A model generated the notes under the pieces. The model worked only from the letters and a program-made list of their open reading frames with translations. It did no database searches and was not told the DNA's origin. 64,000 nt of DNA from the IMG/VR virus record IMGVR_UViG_3300044613_002265; one strand, written 5' to 3'. This DNA comes from an uncultured virus (IMG/VR IMGVR_UViG_3300044613_002265). Its lineage: Duplodnaviria > Heunggongvirae > Uroviricota > Caudoviricetes. The position numbers and the translations under genes are program-made. Numbering within the stretch: the stretch's first letter is position 1; every line of letters begins with the position of its first letter. Shown piece after piece: positions 19,220 through 27,894 of the stretch.

Positions 19220-19587
19220 GATGGTTGTCCTTTCTCGGCCAGTTGCGAGGCCAGTTTGATGCACTCTGCTCGAACGTAGTCGACGTCGCGGAAGACTCCC
19301 GTGGACTCCAGGCCGAGACTGCTCAGGCCCGGCACGGCGTCACCGGCGTGAGCCGTGTCGAATCCCAGCCACCAGCGGTCGCCGCACTCGGCCTCCCATG
19401 GCAGTCTCCAGTCCGACCACGTCACGCCGCCGTGGACGTCGAGCGACCCGTCGCTGGCTTGAACGCCAGCCGGAGCCTCCACGTAGCCGTTGTAGTTCAT
19501 GCTCATGGGGCCACCGAGCGCGATGACGCACCGCAGCCCGTGGGCCTCGAACACGTCGACGACACGGTCGTGACTGAGTGATGTCAT
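19216..19587 (-). CDS. Conserved-type phage hypothetical protein
   Basis: NGYV...VHGGVTW...WWLGFDTAHAGD...YVRAECIKLASQL, a motif set common in phages. Confidence 0.7.
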   Translation of the reverse strand: MTSLSHDRVVDVFEAHGLRCVIALGGPMSMNYNGYVEAPAGVQASDGSLDVHGGVTWSDWRLPWEAECGDRWWLGFDTAHAGDAVPGLSSLGLESTGVFRDVDYVRAECIKLASQLAEKGQPS

Positions 19588-20012
19588 GTCTTGGTCTCCT
19601 GGGCAAGTCTCCGAAGCCTGGCTGGGTCCGACAGGATCAGCACGACGTCGGCGAGGTTGGATTGATGTCTCGGGTGCAGGCCGGTCTCGGGAAACTTCCA
19701 GCCGAACTTCACGCCGTCGAGGATCATTCGCAGTGACAGGTCGAGCAAGCCAGCGACATGCTGGCACCCAACTGCACACTCGTCGAGATGTTCCTTTGTG
19801 ACGGGCCGGTCGAAGTCTGGGAACACGACGCCGAACAGCCGGGCCACGAGCGGGTCGATGCCGTCGAGGCTGCGGAAGTGTGAGAGCGAGTCCTCGGGCG
19901 TGATCATGGTCCGCTCCGGATAGGCCGACTGGCCGAACGTCCGGTTGAAGACCAGCGTCACGCGACGGGGGTCGATCTCGTGCTTCGTGTTGTCGAGGAG
20001 GATGGTTTCCAT
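19584..20012 (-). CDS. Hypothetical protein with partial AAA/AbiEii-associated-like motif
   Basis: FPETGLHPRHQSNLADVV resembles EPExxLHP of ABC/OLD-type ATPases, but no Walker A is present. Confidence 0.5.
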   Translation of the reverse strand: METILLDNTKHEIDPRRVTLVFNRTFGQSAYPERTMITPEDSLSHFRSLDGIDPLVARLFGVVFPDFDRPVTKEHLDECAVGCQHVAGLLDLSLRMILDGVKFGWKFPETGLHPRHQSNLADVVLILSDPARLRRLAQETKT

Positions 20013-20042
20013 GTCCGAACAATAACGGATAAAGGGAGTGAG

Positions 20043-20744
20043 TCAAATCGCTTTGCTGAGAGAAACAACCTCGATCCCGTCCCGGTTCTGCCAGACACGT
20101 CGCACGCTGTCCGAGTAGCCGGGCTGCAACTGCTCGATCATCGGCAGATACTGCTCGTTGGGCATGCCGCTGCCGACGTCGAAGTCGGAGCGGTCGCCGA
20201 AAATCCACGCGATGATCGAACGATACTTGTTGCCGCAGATGCGGTAGTTGGTCAGCGAGATCGACGGGTCCATGCAGGCCCAGGCCAAGTCCATCTGCTT
20301 GCCCAAGTCTATGGTCGCGTATCGCGTGATCGCCTCGACGGGCACGTCGCCACGGTGGGCGACGTTGCCGAGATGCTCGATGCTCGCCTGAGCCAAGTCT
20401 CCGTAGTACAGGATCGTGTCGCGGACCTTGGGATGTACCTCGTCGAGCGGGCGGCCCTCGGTCTTCGAGATCACCTGGGCGACGAAGTCCTCGTCTGGAA
20501 ACAGCCGCGTCTCGGCGAGCAGCCGCGAGTCGACCTCGACGACGAGCGCCTTCTCGCCCTTATTGTCGTCGGTCGCGTTCCAGGCGAAGTACGGCGAGTA
20601 CGCTGTGGACAGGTACACGAAGTCCGGATGGCTCGGGTACGAGTCCCAGTTCCCCTTGCGTCGTTTGCCTCGCGGCTTGAGGCCGTGAGACAGGATGCGG
20701 TCGAGGTGCTTGTCCGTCGTGCCGTGATAGAGCAGTGCGTTCAC
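20043..20744 (-). CDS. ADP-ribosyltransferase-fold protein (YHGT type)
   Basis: LYHGTT...ILSHGLKP...FVYLST...AYFA...VVEVD. Confidence 0.65.
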   Translation of the reverse strand: MNALLYHGTTDKHLDRILSHGLKPRGKRRKGNWDSYPSHPDFVYLSTAYSPYFAWNATDDNKGEKALVVEVDSRLLAETRLFPDEDFVAQVISKTEGRPLDEVHPKVRDTILYYGDLAQASIEHLGNVAHRGDVPVEAITRYATIDLGKQMDLAWACMDPSISLTNYRICGNKYRSIIAWIFGDRSDFDVGSGMPNEQYLPMIEQLQPGYSDSVRRVWQNRDGIEVVSLSKAI

Positions 20745-20992
20745 GATCGAGCCCTCCGCTTCTTGGACGCAGCCTGCCGAATCGCCGCGCGTCGCCGCAG
20801 GGCTCGCTCCAGCCGAACCTCGCGGGTTTCGGTGGCTCGTAGGCTGGAGTACGGCCGCAGGGTACGGTTCGTCGACGGGTAGTGATCGTCGACGAAGGCG
20901 TAGTAGGGGCCGTCCCATCCGGAGATGACGCCGGTCTGCGAGCCGTCGCCCCACGTCACGATGTCACCGATGTTTCCGGCCATAGCAATCAT
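20741..20992 (-). CDS. Hypothetical protein (SH3-like)
   Basis: IGDIVTWGDGSQTGVISG; AGGAGG SD. Confidence 0.55.
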   Translation of the reverse strand: MIAMAGNIGDIVTWGDGSQTGVISGWDGPYYAFVDDHYPSTNRTLRPYSSLRATETREVRLERALRRRAAIRQAASKKRRARS

Positions 20993-21126
20993 CCTCCTAG
21001 CGTGCTGACCAACGTGTCGATCAAGTCTCGGACAAGTCTCGCGAGCCTGGAGTCCGTGCCGAGTTCCTGCCCTGCTCGCACGAGCAGGAGAGAGTACAGG
21101 AGTTTATCGAGGGTCTGCTTCATGGG

Positions 21127-21414
21127 TCAGTACTCGCTCGGGAACAGAACGGTGGTCACGCTGCGGTCCCACTCGGTAATCACCCAGACCTTCTCGCCGT
21201 CGACCGTGTAGGCGGACAGGATGCGGCCCTCACCGTCGACAGCCTCGTCGTTGAGTTTCTTGTCCTCGTCGCAGACATCGCCCCAGTCGCCGCTGCGGTG
21301 CCGCATGACGGCCTGCACGATGCCAGGGACTCTTGACTCCGGACTCTCCTTGACCCACGAGTCGACGCCAGCCGTTGCGACGACCTGACCGAGTGGTAAT
21401 TGCGTTGCGTTCAC
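21127..21414 (-). CDS. Conserved phage/plasmid hypothetical protein
   Basis: LGQVVATAGV...RHRSGDWGDVCDED...RILSAY...VWVITEWDRSVTTVLFPSEY. Confidence 0.75.
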   Translation of the reverse strand: MNATQLPLGQVVATAGVDSWVKESPESRVPGIVQAVMRHRSGDWGDVCDEDKKLNDEAVDGEGRILSAYTVDGEKVWVITEWDRSVTTVLFPSEY

Positions 21415-21749
21415 TTGGATGCTCCTTCTGCTGCGCGGCACTCGTCGATGCACCGATCGTAGTCGCCGCCTGCCCCGTCGAGGCTCGACGTGCTGAACAG
21501 GTAGGCGAGTTGGTGGGCGATCAATCGCAGGGCAGCGTCGCTCCGGATCGACTGCCAGTCGGCACCGCTCTGGAACATTGCCTGGACATGGTCGTGCAGC
21601 CGCTTCGTGACGGCCACGGGATTGCATGCCCCCTGCTGGATCGCCATTGCGTCGTGGTGTCGGCTCATGCGTGCTGCCTCGCTTTTCTTGAAGAACTCGA
21701 TCGCTGCCTGCTGCTCCGCGCGGAGCCGCTGTTCGTTCTGTGTGTTCAT
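21411..21749 (-). CDS. Hypothetical protein
   Basis: Overlap-coupled. Confidence 0.55.
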   Translation of the reverse strand: MNTQNEQRLRAEQQAAIEFFKKSEAARMSRHHDAMAIQQGACNPVAVTKRLHDHVQAMFQSGADWQSIRSDAALRLIAHQLAYLFSTSSLDGAGGDYDRCIDECRAAEGASK

Positions 21750-21766
21750 GGGTGGTGTGTCCAGAC

Positions 21767-22588
21767 TTAGCAAGACTCAAGACTCGGGATCACGACTCCG
21801 CACTGCTCGCAGAGTTTCGCGACCTCGGCCGCGAGTTCCTCCTGCGTGTGCGAGCCGACGCGGCGGGCCTCGCTCGTCGCCACGCAGCCATCGTCGACCG
21901 TCAGCGGTGCCGGGGAACACTTGCTGGGCAAAAACCCGAACCGCTCTTGGTGCGACCAACACAGCCGACGCAGGCTGGCGTTGTGACAAAGGGCGAACGC
22001 AAGACGGTCGACGTCGACCGGCTGATTTGCGGCCTTGACCAGCACTTCGACTTGGTGCTGGGCGGGGCCGCCAGACACGCGAGACGTGGCCTTGCCTGCC
22101 CACAGTTCGACTCGCAGTCCAAGGCTCTCCAGCACGTCGACGGCCGCCAGGACGACGGCACCACGAGCGAATATCGCCTCGGCTTTCACGCCCGCGCTGA
22201 CGCCAAGGTTGGCGTACAGCCGCACGACTCGCTGCGAACCGAACCGGCCGGTCTCGTACTCGTTGTACGAGCCGCAGGCCTCGGGCTCGCCAGACAGGAC
22301 GCGGCCGACGTCCACGAAGTCGCCAGTGACGTCCCAGGCAAACTGCTGGCAGGCGGCGACCTTCGAGGCCTCCACGTACCTGTCGAGGCTGGCCCGAATC
22401 TCGGCGACGCGAACCGCACCCTCGGGCCAGCCGACGTGGGCCAACTCGACAGCCTGCTCGAACGTATGCGTGCCGAAGTGCGAGTCGCGGCCGACGTCGC
22501 GGCTGCTGGTGTCCTTGACCTTCGGCACCTGCTGGACGTCCTCAACGAAGGCCTCGTACGAGTCGAAGGCGTGGCGGATGTTGCTCAT
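21767..22588 (-). CDS. AAA-partner (vWA-like) protein, paralog 3
   Basis: GWPEG, WDVTGDFVDVGRVLSGEPEAC, DVLESLG, DRLAFALCHNASLRR. Confidence 0.75.
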   Translation of the reverse strand: MSNIRHAFDSYEAFVEDVQQVPKVKDTSSRDVGRDSHFGTHTFEQAVELAHVGWPEGAVRVAEIRASLDRYVEASKVAACQQFAWDVTGDFVDVGRVLSGEPEACGSYNEYETGRFGSQRVVRLYANLGVSAGVKAEAIFARGAVVLAAVDVLESLGLRVELWAGKATSRVSGGPAQHQVEVLVKAANQPVDVDRLAFALCHNASLRRLCWSHQERFGFLPSKCSPAPLTVDDGCVATSEARRVGSHTQEELAAEVAKLCEQCGVVIPSLESC

Positions 22589-22613
22589 GTCTGCTGTCTC
22601 CTGGGGATGCCCA

Positions 22614-22667
22614 AGTATTGCCGATTTCCGGAGTGAAGTCAAGCGGCCGGTCTGGCCCTATGACACA
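22614..22667 (-). promoter_or_regulatory. Early promoter cassette copy 6 (TTGACT-17-AATACT, TGTGTCATA box)
   Basis: Same architecture; drives paralog 3. Confidence 0.72.
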
Positions 22668-23482
22668 ATGGCTTCCCGCTCCTCGGCCGAGAAGGACACG
22701 CCGCACGACTCGCAGACTTGCAAGACTCGGGCCGCCCTCGCCGCTGCCGACGTGTCGGCCTGGTTGACCTCGGGCGTGGCAACCGCACCCTCCTCGACGA
22801 GGAGCGAGGACGTCCCGGTGGAGTTGGGGGAGAAGCCCAGGTCTTCCTCGACCGAAAAGAACAACCGACGCAGGCTTGCGTTGTGGGCCAGGAAGAACGC
22901 GATCCGATCAGGCTCGAACGGCTGGCTGGCATCTTTGGCCTTGACCAGCACGGTCAACTTGTCGCCTCTGATGCGACTGTGCGAGCCGGAGCCGAGCCAC
23001 AGTTCGACGCGGTGACCGAGCGTCTCCAGCACGTCGACGGCCGCGAAGACGGCGGCCCCGGCGCTGAAGATGCTGTTCTGCTTGACGCCGCAGAGCGCGG
23101 ACAGGTTCGCGACCAACTTGATGACTCGCGTCGACGGCTGCGAGTCTTGTCCCTCGCGGAACGAGCCGCAGGCCTCGGGCTCGCCAGACAGGACGCGGCC
23201 GACGTCGAGGAAGTCTCCGGTGACGTCCCACTCCAGCCTGCACGACCTGGCGGCGATAGCCTTGTCGACGACGCTCTCCAACTCGGCGCGGAGTTTGGTC
23301 AGTCGCTCGGCGCCCTCGGGCCAGCCCTTGGTGGCGAGCGTGACGGCCTCGCCGAACGTCTCCGTGCCATGGAAGCATGGATCGGTGCCGGTGTGCGAGA
23401 CCTTGGTGTTCTGGCCCTTCTTGGTATCGGCGGCGGCGATGAACTCGCCGACGGTCTCGAAGGTTACGACTTGGTGATTCAC
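22658..23482 (-). CDS. AAA-partner (vWA-like) protein, paralog 2
   Basis: GWPEG, WDVTGDFLDVGRVLSGEPEAC, DRIAFFLAHNASLRR. Confidence 0.75.
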   Translation of the reverse strand: MNHQVVTFETVGEFIAAADTKKGQNTKVSHTGTDPCFHGTETFGEAVTLATKGWPEGAERLTKLRAELESVVDKAIAARSCRLEWDVTGDFLDVGRVLSGEPEACGSFREGQDSQPSTRVIKLVANLSALCGVKQNSIFSAGAAVFAAVDVLETLGHRVELWLGSGSHSRIRGDKLTVLVKAKDASQPFEPDRIAFFLAHNASLRRLFFSVEEDLGFSPNSTGTSSLLVEEGAVATPEVNQADTSAAARAARVLQVCESCGVSFSAEEREAIVS

Positions 23483-23500
23483 GGGAGGCTCCGTTGCGTT

Positions 23501-24331
23501 TCAGGACTTGACCAACTCGGCGATCTGCTCGTCGTCGAACGTGAGGCCACACTTCTCGGCGATCTTGATCACGTTCTCTTTCAGGCTCTTCGGGGACAGG
23601 TTGACCGCCGACAGAATCTCGTCGATCTCGACCGTGCCCTGCCGCTTGCCGTAGTCGTCGACCGCCGCCGGGTGGCAGTTCGACGGGCAGTGCCCGTACA
23701 ACTCCATCCAGCGAAACCCGAACCGCCGGAAGAACGACGGGTGCGCGACTGTGAACGCGAGCCGGTCAGGGTCGACAATCTCGCCGGGCCGCTTGGCGAC
23801 GACGTTGGCCGTGAGATGCAGGCCGCTGCCGCTCGTCGCAGTCGAGCAGACGACTTCGCAGCGAATCCCGCACGACTCCAGCAGGTCGACCGCCACCAGC
23901 ACAGCCACGCCACGAGCCGCGATCGCGTCGGCGCTCACGGCCCCGCTCACGCACTGGTTCAGGCGGATCGACACGACCTTGGTCGACACCGTCTCGCCGC
24001 TCTCGAACTCCTGGCCGCAGCACTCGGGCTCGCCAGACAGGACGCGGCCGACGTCGATGAAGTCGCCGGTGACGTCCCAGCCGAACGTCCGAGACTTGGC
24101 AGTCTTGGCGGCGGCGATGAACGCCGAGAGCCCCTCGCGGTGCTTGTTCACGCGAGCGACACCGTCGGCCCAGCCCTTCGCGAACAACTCGCCAGCCTCG
24201 GCGTAGGTCTCAGTCCAGAAGAAGTCGCGGCGGCCGGTCGACTGGCTGTTCTGCGACACGCCCTTGTCGCTGCGGGCGAGGTCCGCGAGGTAGTCGCTGA
24301 CGGTCTCGTAGTCTTTGGTGATTGTCTTCAC
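23501..24331 (-). CDS. AAA-partner (vWA-like) protein, paralog 1
   Basis: GWADG, WDVTGDFIDVGRVLSGEPECC, DRLAFTVAHPSFFRR. Confidence 0.75.
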   Translation of the reverse strand: MKTITKDYETVSDYLADLARSDKGVSQNSQSTGRRDFFWTETYAEAGELFAKGWADGVARVNKHREGLSAFIAAAKTAKSRTFGWDVTGDFIDVGRVLSGEPECCGQEFESGETVSTKVVSIRLNQCVSGAVSADAIAARGVAVLVAVDLLESCGIRCEVVCSTATSGSGLHLTANVVAKRPGEIVDPDRLAFTVAHPSFFRRFGFRWMELYGHCPSNCHPAAVDDYGKRQGTVEIDEILSAVNLSPKSLKENVIKIAEKCGLTFDDEQIAELVKS

Positions 24332-24367
24332 GGGGGTGCTGCTCCTGGGCATTGGCTCGTGTTTCCC

Positions 24368-24406
24368 CGCTCCCCGGCTGGCAAGCCCATAGCCAGCCGG
24401 GGAGCG
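24368..24406. other. Perfect 15-bp GC-rich intergenic hairpin
   Basis: CGCTCCCCGGCTGGC-aagcccata-GCCAGCCGGGGAGCG. Confidence 0.8.
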
Positions 24407-24422
24407 TGTCCAGACAACTCGA

Positions 24423-25718
24423 CTAGAGGTTCGCCTCGATCTTGCTGCGGGTGTCCTTGTCGAGACCCTTCCAGACGCAGGCATCGAGAGTGGCATCGAC
24501 GGGCCAGCCCGCCCGAAGCAGGGCGACGCCGTTGATGGACGCTCTCGGCGAGACGATCACCCGCACGCCCTTGCCGAGCGAGGCAATGGCGTTGCGGACG
24601 GCGACGACCTTCTTCACGTACGCCGTGACCCGCTCCTCGGCGACGGCCTTCTCGACCTCGGTCTTCACCGGATGCACCTTGATCCCCTTGGCCTGCGGGG
24701 CCTCGGCGAACAACTCCAGGGACAGACCGCAGGCCGCCGCCTCGATCCGGGGATCGTAGGGCCAGTCGACCAGCACGAACCGATCAAGCGTCGCCGCGTC
24801 GATCTGCTGCCGACCCACGTACTGCCGATCGGCACCCTGCCCGATCGTGTTGGCCCCGGCGATCAGCACGAAGTCGGCATGCTTCGCGACGACGGCGTCG
24901 GGGAACGAGGCGTGCCCGTTGGCGAGCAACTGGTTGATCACGACCAGCACGGCCGGATTGGCCGCGTCGACCTCGTCGAGCAGGAACACGCCGCCGTGTT
25001 CGTAGGCGTCGCGGAGTTGCGTCCGCACGACCTTCCCGTTGGCATCGTGGTAGCCGAGCAGGCTCGACTCCGACGTCTGCGGTCCCACGCTCTTGGCGTA
25101 GAACGGCAGGCCGAGCGAGTCGGCGACGGCGTGCGCCGACGAGGTTTTTCCGGACCCGGCCGGGCCGACGAGCCAGCAGTTCCGGCGGGCGGCGACGGCG
25201 GCGAGCAGGGCCTCGAACTGGACGTGCTGGACGCCCACGTCGTTGGCGACGCCCTCGACGGTCACGACCTCGATCCGCTGCGGGATCAGGGCCGCGATCC
25301 GCTCGTCGACGATCTTGGTGACCTCGTCGATATCGACGCCGCCGCCGGTGCCGCCCTCGGCGGTCACGAGCCCGGTGTCGCGAACGGCCTCGGCGATGAT
25401 CTCGGCGAGGCTCTTGTTGCCGCCCTCGGCGTAGTGGTCGCGGACGGCGATCCGTTCCGCCTCCTCGGCCACGACGTCCGAGCCGGTATCGTGTCCAGAC
25501 TTCTCGGCACCGCTCGCCCACAGGCTCAGGCCACGGGACGTCTTGACGACCCGCTCACCGTTGGGTCCGACGAGATGGAAGAGACGGGTCTGGCGACCCT
25601 TCTCGGTCTCGCGGGTCTCGACCCGCTCGATCGTGAACTCCCGGCCGTCCGCGACGCGGATGACGGCACCGACCTTGTACGACTGCCACGAGTTGTTGTT
25701 GACGACGTTGTTGTTCAC
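24423..25718 (-). CDS. MoxR/CbbQ-like AAA+ ATPase
   Basis: VGPAGSGKT, GGVFLLDEVDAA, IAGANTIGQG, YVGRQQIDAATLDRF, VSPRAS. Confidence 0.9.
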   Translation of the reverse strand: MNNNVVNNNSWQSYKVGAVIRVADGREFTIERVETRETEKGRQTRLFHLVGPNGERVVKTSRGLSLWASGAEKSGHDTGSDVVAEEAERIAVRDHYAEGGNKSLAEIIAEAVRDTGLVTAEGGTGGGVDIDEVTKIVDERIAALIPQRIEVVTVEGVANDVGVQHVQFEALLAAVAARRNCWLVGPAGSGKTSSAHAVADSLGLPFYAKSVGPQTSESSLLGYHDANGKVVRTQLRDAYEHGGVFLLDEVDAANPAVLVVINQLLANGHASFPDAVVAKHADFVLIAGANTIGQGADRQYVGRQQIDAATLDRFVLVDWPYDPRIEAAACGLSLELFAEAPQAKGIKVHPVKTEVEKAVAEERVTAYVKKVVAVRNAIASLGKGVRVIVSPRASINGVALLRAGWPVDATLDACVWKGLDKDTRSKIEANL

Positions 25719-25785
25719 TGGGCTGCTCCTTGGAAATCGAATCGACTGGGCTTTACGACGGGTGACGTCCACTCGTCATGCGACA

Positions 25786-25838
25786 AGTATTGCCGATTTC
25801 CGGCATGATGTCAAGCGGATTCTTTGGCCTATGACACA
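25786..25838 (-). promoter_or_regulatory. Early promoter cassette copy 7 (TTGACA-17-AATACT, TGTGTCATA box)
   Basis: Same architecture; drives the AAA operon. Confidence 0.75.
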
Positions 25839-25864
25839 ACCCCCAAAAACCCCTGTTTTTCGGC

Positions 25865-26089
25865 CTAAAACGAGGGTTTCCGGCCGGAGGGCTGCTCGGC
25901 CAGCCGGGCGGACAGGTGGGCGACGGCCTCCGATTCCTCGTGGTGCTGGCAGTACCAGACCACCGCAGGCAGGAGCCACTCGACGTCGACCGGGCCCGTC
26001 GCCGTAGCGATCACGGCATCGAAGACCCGTAGATAGAGGTCTCGCCTGGGAGACGTCAGAACTTCAAGCACGTCGTTCGTGTTCATCAT
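25865..26089 (-). CDS. Hypothetical protein
   Basis: MMNTNDVLEVL... Confidence 0.45.
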   Translation of the reverse strand: MMNTNDVLEVLTSPRRDLYLRVFDAVIATATGPVDVEWLLPAVVWYCQHHEESEAVAHLSARLAEQPSGRKPSF

Positions 26090-26283
26090 GCACTCGCTCG
26101 CTGCTCGCCGAGAAGTCTCGCGAGCGCAGCAGCGGACTCGCGAAGACTTGAAGAGACGCAGCGACGCGAACCGTCGTCGCCAGCGAGAGCAACGTACCAC
26201 AGCGCATCGACGTCAGACTGACGAACGATGTAGCGACCGTCCTCGGTCACGTAGTGAGTCTCGTCGACACGACGCAGTCGCAT
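26086..26283 (-). CDS. Hypothetical protein
   Basis: GGAGG SD; MRLRRVDETHYVTEDGRY. Confidence 0.55.
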   Translation of the reverse strand: MRLRRVDETHYVTEDGRYIVRQSDVDALWYVALAGDDGSRRCVSSSLRESAAALARLLGEQRASA

Positions 26284-26339
26284 GATCCGTCCCTCCGTGG
26301 CCCGGGTAGCGTATCCGTACTACCAGCGTCACGCGGAGA

Positions 26340-27668
26340 TCATAGGCTGCGATCGTCGGCTCGTGCAAGAGCCTCGGACTCGACGATGAAACGGATCACG
26401 TTTTCGGCGAAGCCGTCGACGTGAATCCAGCCGTCGTTGTAGCCGACACCGTTCTGGTACGGCGCGACGTTGACCATGTACGCCGCGTCGGCCTTGGGAC
26501 GAACGACACGGTCGTGGGACTGCTCGTCGGTAATCACGATGAGACGATCATGATCGAACTGCTCGACGGCCCGAATCGCCTCTCCCAGGCGTGTCCCGCC
26601 GTGGGGCTGCGAGACCTGAACGGCCTCGACGCCAGCCAGGCCGCGACGAGGCGGCACCTCGACGATGGTGTCAGAGAACGAGAATACGCGGAGGTCGTCG
26701 CAGTTCAGGATCGCCGCGAGCGACGCCGCTGCGTCAAGTCTCGTCAAGTCTGCGCGGCTCGACAGGGGCACGTTCATCGAGCCCGAGACGTCGACCAGTG
26801 CGATCGTCTTGCCTGAGAGCCTGGGCATCTCGTGGATCGTGGCGAGCATCGCGATGTCGAGAGTCGGCTCCAGCGACGGCGCCGCCTTGGCCGCCGCCAC
26901 GTACCGGAACGGCAGCACCCGCTCGGCGCCGAGCCTGCCCAGGATCGCGTTCTTGATCAGCGACGTCTCGACGCCAGCCTCGACCATGTTTCGCAAGTTG
27001 CGGAGCAACGCGAGGTAGCCGATCTTCTGCTCGCGGATGAGCCGCTCGAACGTGGCCTTCTTGTCGGCGCCGCTGGAGAGCGAGACCTCCCATGTATCGG
27101 GCGACACGAGCGTGCCCTCGACGAGCGACCGCCACAAGTCTGCTTGCTCCGGCGTGTCTGGCTTGGCATGGCACAGGAACAGGACGTCGCGAAGTTTGAC
27201 AGACGCGGGCTTGTTGTACTTGGCGAGTTGGTAGGCGTTGAACTTCTTGAGCGCCGCCGCGAGCCCCTTCTTCATCGGGTTCGAGAGCGGCTTCTTGCCG
27301 TCGGCCCAGTAGATGGCGACGAGTTCCGCGAGTTCGTCCGCTCGCTGGATCGTGTCGACGATCGCCTGGGAGACGAGTTTGCCCGAGCCGTGCTTGATCA
27401 GCCCCTTGAGCAAGAGCAGCGGCGCGTGACGCAGATGGAACTTCGAGCGGGCCTCGACAGCAAGAGCCGCGATCTCTTCAGGCCTGACCTTCTCGCACAG
27501 CGAGAGGATGCGGCTCGCGACGTCGACGCCGTCCTCGTAGTGCGTCGACTCCCAGAGCAGGCACGTCAGGACGGTGCGACGCAGTTCCTGGCTGGGCGTG
27601 ATCCGCACAGCCGGGGCACCCTCGTGCGTGAACGTGGCCGTCGAGGCGGGAGCGGTGTTGATTCGCAC
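26340..27668 (-). CDS. rsr: Ro60/Rsr ortholog (TROVE + vWA domain RNA-binding protein)
   Basis: THEGAPA, IQRADEL, FNAYQLAKY, LRDVLFLCHAKP, DTWEVSLS, ALLRNLRNM, VLPFRY, LVDVSGSM (MIDAS), IVITDEQ. Confidence 0.95.
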   Translation of the reverse strand: MRINTAPASTATFTHEGAPAVRITPSQELRRTVLTCLLWESTHYEDGVDVASRILSLCEKVRPEEIAALAVEARSKFHLRHAPLLLLKGLIKHGSGKLVSQAIVDTIQRADELAELVAIYWADGKKPLSNPMKKGLAAALKKFNAYQLAKYNKPASVKLRDVLFLCHAKPDTPEQADLWRSLVEGTLVSPDTWEVSLSSGADKKATFERLIREQKIGYLALLRNLRNMVEAGVETSLIKNAILGRLGAERVLPFRYVAAAKAAPSLEPTLDIAMLATIHEMPRLSGKTIALVDVSGSMNVPLSSRADLTRLDAAASLAAILNCDDLRVFSFSDTIVEVPPRRGLAGVEAVQVSQPHGGTRLGEAIRAVEQFDHDRLIVITDEQSHDRVVRPKADAAYMVNVAPYQNGVGYNDGWIHVDGFAENVIRFIVESEALARADDRSL

Positions 27669-27697
27669 GGTTGGGCTCCTGGCTGAAGAAAGAGAAA

Positions 27698-27772
27698 TGC
27701 TGGCGAGAACAGCGAGCCCGGCGAATCAAACAGCCTTAGTGTGAAGTATCCGGACTCTGCACTACGCCAGCA
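27698..27772 (-). ncRNA. Y-like RNA copy B (Ro60-associated)
   Basis: UGCUGGCG-UAGUGCAG-AGUCCGG-AUACUUC...CCGGGCUCG-CUGUUCU-CGCCAGCA; ends base-pair; directly upstream of Ro60. Confidence 0.75.
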
Positions 27773-27781
27773 AAGAAGAGA

Positions 27782-27850
27782 GCCGCGAGAACAAACGGAC
27801 ACGGCACGGTTTCTGTTGCAAAGAAGTAGCCGTGGCCTGCACTACGCGAC
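27782..27850 (-). ncRNA. Y-like RNA copy A (Ro60-associated)
   Basis: GUCGCG-UAGUGCAG-GCCACGG-CUACUUC...CCGUGUCCG-UUUGUUCU-CGCGGC; same conserved blocks as copy B with different, still-pairing stems. Confidence 0.75.
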
Positions 27851-27857
27851 GTGAGCC

Positions 27858-27885
27858 AGTGTACGGATACGCACACTGCGTGCAA
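27858..27885 (-). promoter_or_regulatory. Putative promoter of the Y RNA-Ro60 unit (TTGCAC-16-TACACT)
   Basis: -10 lies 7 nt upstream of the 5' end of RNA copy A. Confidence 0.55.
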
Positions 27886-27894
27886 GAAAGTTTT

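Noticed and set aside
19584..20012. Functional ABC/OLD-type ATPase
   Set aside because: Only a PExxLHP-like fragment; no Walker A and too short
21127..21414. Calling this ORF a type I restriction M subunit, a label often attached to this family
   Set aside because: Only about 95 aa, with no methyltransferase motifs
11778..25860. Dispersed 50-90 bp repeats as a CRISPR array or IS ends
   Set aside because: Spacing is irregular and kilobase-scale, each copy has -35/-10 elements, and no cas or transposase gene is present
27698..27850. tRNA genes or a CRISPR mini-array upstream of Ro60
   Set aside because: No cloverleaf or T-loop GGTTCGA; only two units, with paired ends, fitting Y-like RNAs better
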